64,000 bases of DNA, from contig OZ024742.1 in the NCBI GenBank assembly GCA_964016885.1, positions 121,024,001-121,088,000 on the forward strand, read 5' to 3'. Position numbers and translations under genes: made by a program. Positions 62,170-64,000 of this stretch are shown in pieces; position 1 is the stretch's first letter, and each line of letters starts with the position of its first letter. The notes under the pieces are model-generated. The model ran no database searches. It saw only the letters and a list, made by a program, of their open reading frames with translations, and had not been told where the DNA came from. The stretch comes from Eledone cirrhosa (taxonomy: Eukaryota).

Positions 62170-64000
62170 GCTGGAATAGGTCTCTAGGGAGAAGTAGAGT
62201 GAATTGGTGGTGGAACAGTAAAGTGGAGAAGACAATTAACCCTTTAGCATTTAAACCGGCCATATGCGGCCAGAATTCTCTCACCTGTTTTTGTTCAGAC
62301 CGGCTGCAACCGGCCGCTCATACCGATGTTAAGGTATTGTTCTCAAAATAGATAATATCAAAATCTCATAGATTCGATATTATGAGATAATTATGTAAGA
62401 TAAAGCCTTTACCACAAAAATACAATAGTAAATATAGAGTAATGTAAATGCTAAAGGGTTAAGGCCAAAAGACAAGCATGGAAAGAATGGTAGAATGGGG
62501 GAAGTAGAGAGCACAACCAGAATGCAAGGAGAGAAACTTGGCGACAGGTTTACTTTGCAAGAAGAGAAGCAGAAAATAAGAAATTTAAATATGTTCTACA
62601 AGGTGTGAGGTGTTCAGGATTGCGAGAGAATGTGTCAGGGAAAATTGTGATGTTGATGGAGAGAAGTGTGCCCGAGATGATAATGGTGTACTTGCACTCA
62701 TTGATGCCAAAAAGAAAGAAGCATGGAAGTGTCATTATGAATGACTACTGAATGATGAGAATGCAAAGGAAGAAGATAGTTTTCTCCAAGTAAACCCAAA
62801 AGAGAGACCAGCAGTACAAGTCAGCAGTAGTATAGCAAGTAAGGCAATCAAGGATATGAAGACAGGCAAAGAGCCGGACCTTCTGAGATAGTTGCCGAGA
62901 TGCTGAAAGCATCTGGGATAGTAGGTCACACCTTAACCACCCGTATTGTAAACCAATACAAAATGGTATCATACCCAATAACTGGCATAGCAGCATCATT
63001 GTCAACTTCTACAAGGGAAAAGCAGATACCATAGACAGAAAAAAACTATAGAGGCTTCATGTTGACTGACCAGGTCATGAATGTCACAATAAGAGTTATA
63101 GCACAGCTGATAAGAGACGAAGTTAACCTAAATGAGATACAGTTCGGATCTGTACCAGGTAATAGTACCACTGATGCTCTCTTCCTTGTGAAGCAACTGC
63201 AGGAAAAATACCTAGCTAAAAGTAAACCCCTATATTTGGTATTTGTGGACCTGAAGAAAACTGTTGATAGAGTCCCCCATTCCATTATCTGGTAGGCTCT
63301 TAGAAAACTAGGAGCAGATGAGTAGCTTGTGAAGGCAGTACAAGCCATGTATAGAGGAACAGTCAGCAAGATTAGAATTTACAACTGTTCTTAGCCCTCT
63401 CCTGTTTATTATCATCCTGCAGGCTACAACAGAAGAGTTTATGACTGGCTGCTCATGGGAGCTTCTGTATGGTGATGATCTAACCCTTATAGCTGAATCT
63501 ATGGCAGAACTAGAGAAAAAATTCCAAACCTAGAAACAAGGCCTAGGATCTAAAGGTCTTAATATTCAGCCTCGCAAAGACCAAAGTCCTAGTATATAGA
63601 AAGAGTATCAGGGCTCAGATTCCATCAGGAAAATGGCCTTGCTCAGTGTGCAGGAAAGGAGTAGGTAGAAACTCCATCCTATGCCCCAAATGAAAACTAT
63701 GGGTACACAAGAGATATAGTGGGATTTCAAGTAGGCTAGCAAAGAATGCAGGTTTCATATGTGACCGTTGCTCAGGTGTAGTACATAGCAACATCCCTCA
63801 GGATACTAACACCTTTAAATGCCCAGAGGGCTCAGTAGAAGTTGTAGATAGTTTCCATTGCCTGGACGACCAAAGTAGCAGTGGAGCTGGCTATTCCGAA
63901 GATACTGTAGCTAGAGTGAGAACAGGATGGAGAAAGTTCTGGAAGCTACTACCGCTGCAAGCTACAAAAGGTTTCCCCCTCAAAATGAAGAGCAGATTGT
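62170..64000 (+). mobile_element. Heavily decayed RTE LINE running off the window end (pre-RT, RT, PHD)
   Basis: NWWWNSKVEK, KAIKDMKTGK, FYKGK, QFG, LQEKYLAKSKPLYLVFVDLKK..DRVP, LLYGDDL (~63468), KWPCSVCRKGVGRNS; many stops. Confidence 0.9.
62236..62462. mobile_element. piggyBac-type MITE family 1 nested in RTE
   Basis: TTAA TSDs, perfect TIR CCCTTTAGCATTTA. Confidence 0.92.

Overview
AT-rich eukaryotic DNA made almost entirely of repeats. The repeat spectrum suggests a mollusc, most likely an octopus-like cephalopod; this is inference, not a database match. No intact protein-coding gene is present, and all long ORFs are satellite or microsatellite artefacts or decayed transposon ORFs. Contents: four large tandem arrays (18-bp at 1-6950, ~30-bp at 15.0-16.1 kb, 59-65-bp at 17.5-20.1 kb, ~29-33-bp at 49.0-50.9 kb); more than 10 truncated copies of an RTE-clade LINE with a PHD-type zinc finger just after the RT core and a modular stem-loop 3' UTR; Expander/Rex3-like and BovB-like RTE remnants; three CR1 3' fragments; Hero and R4/Dong endonuclease remnants; tRNA-headed SINEs, one carrying the RTE 3' UTR; piggyBac-, Tc1- and hAT-type MITEs; a mariner relic; several Helitrons, one with a deleted RepHel gene and one with possible captured cargo; and Penelope-type terminal fragments with hammerhead ribozyme motifs. 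A few isolated splice-flanked reading frames may be exons of an unidentified host gene. Most element boundaries are approximate, read by eye.
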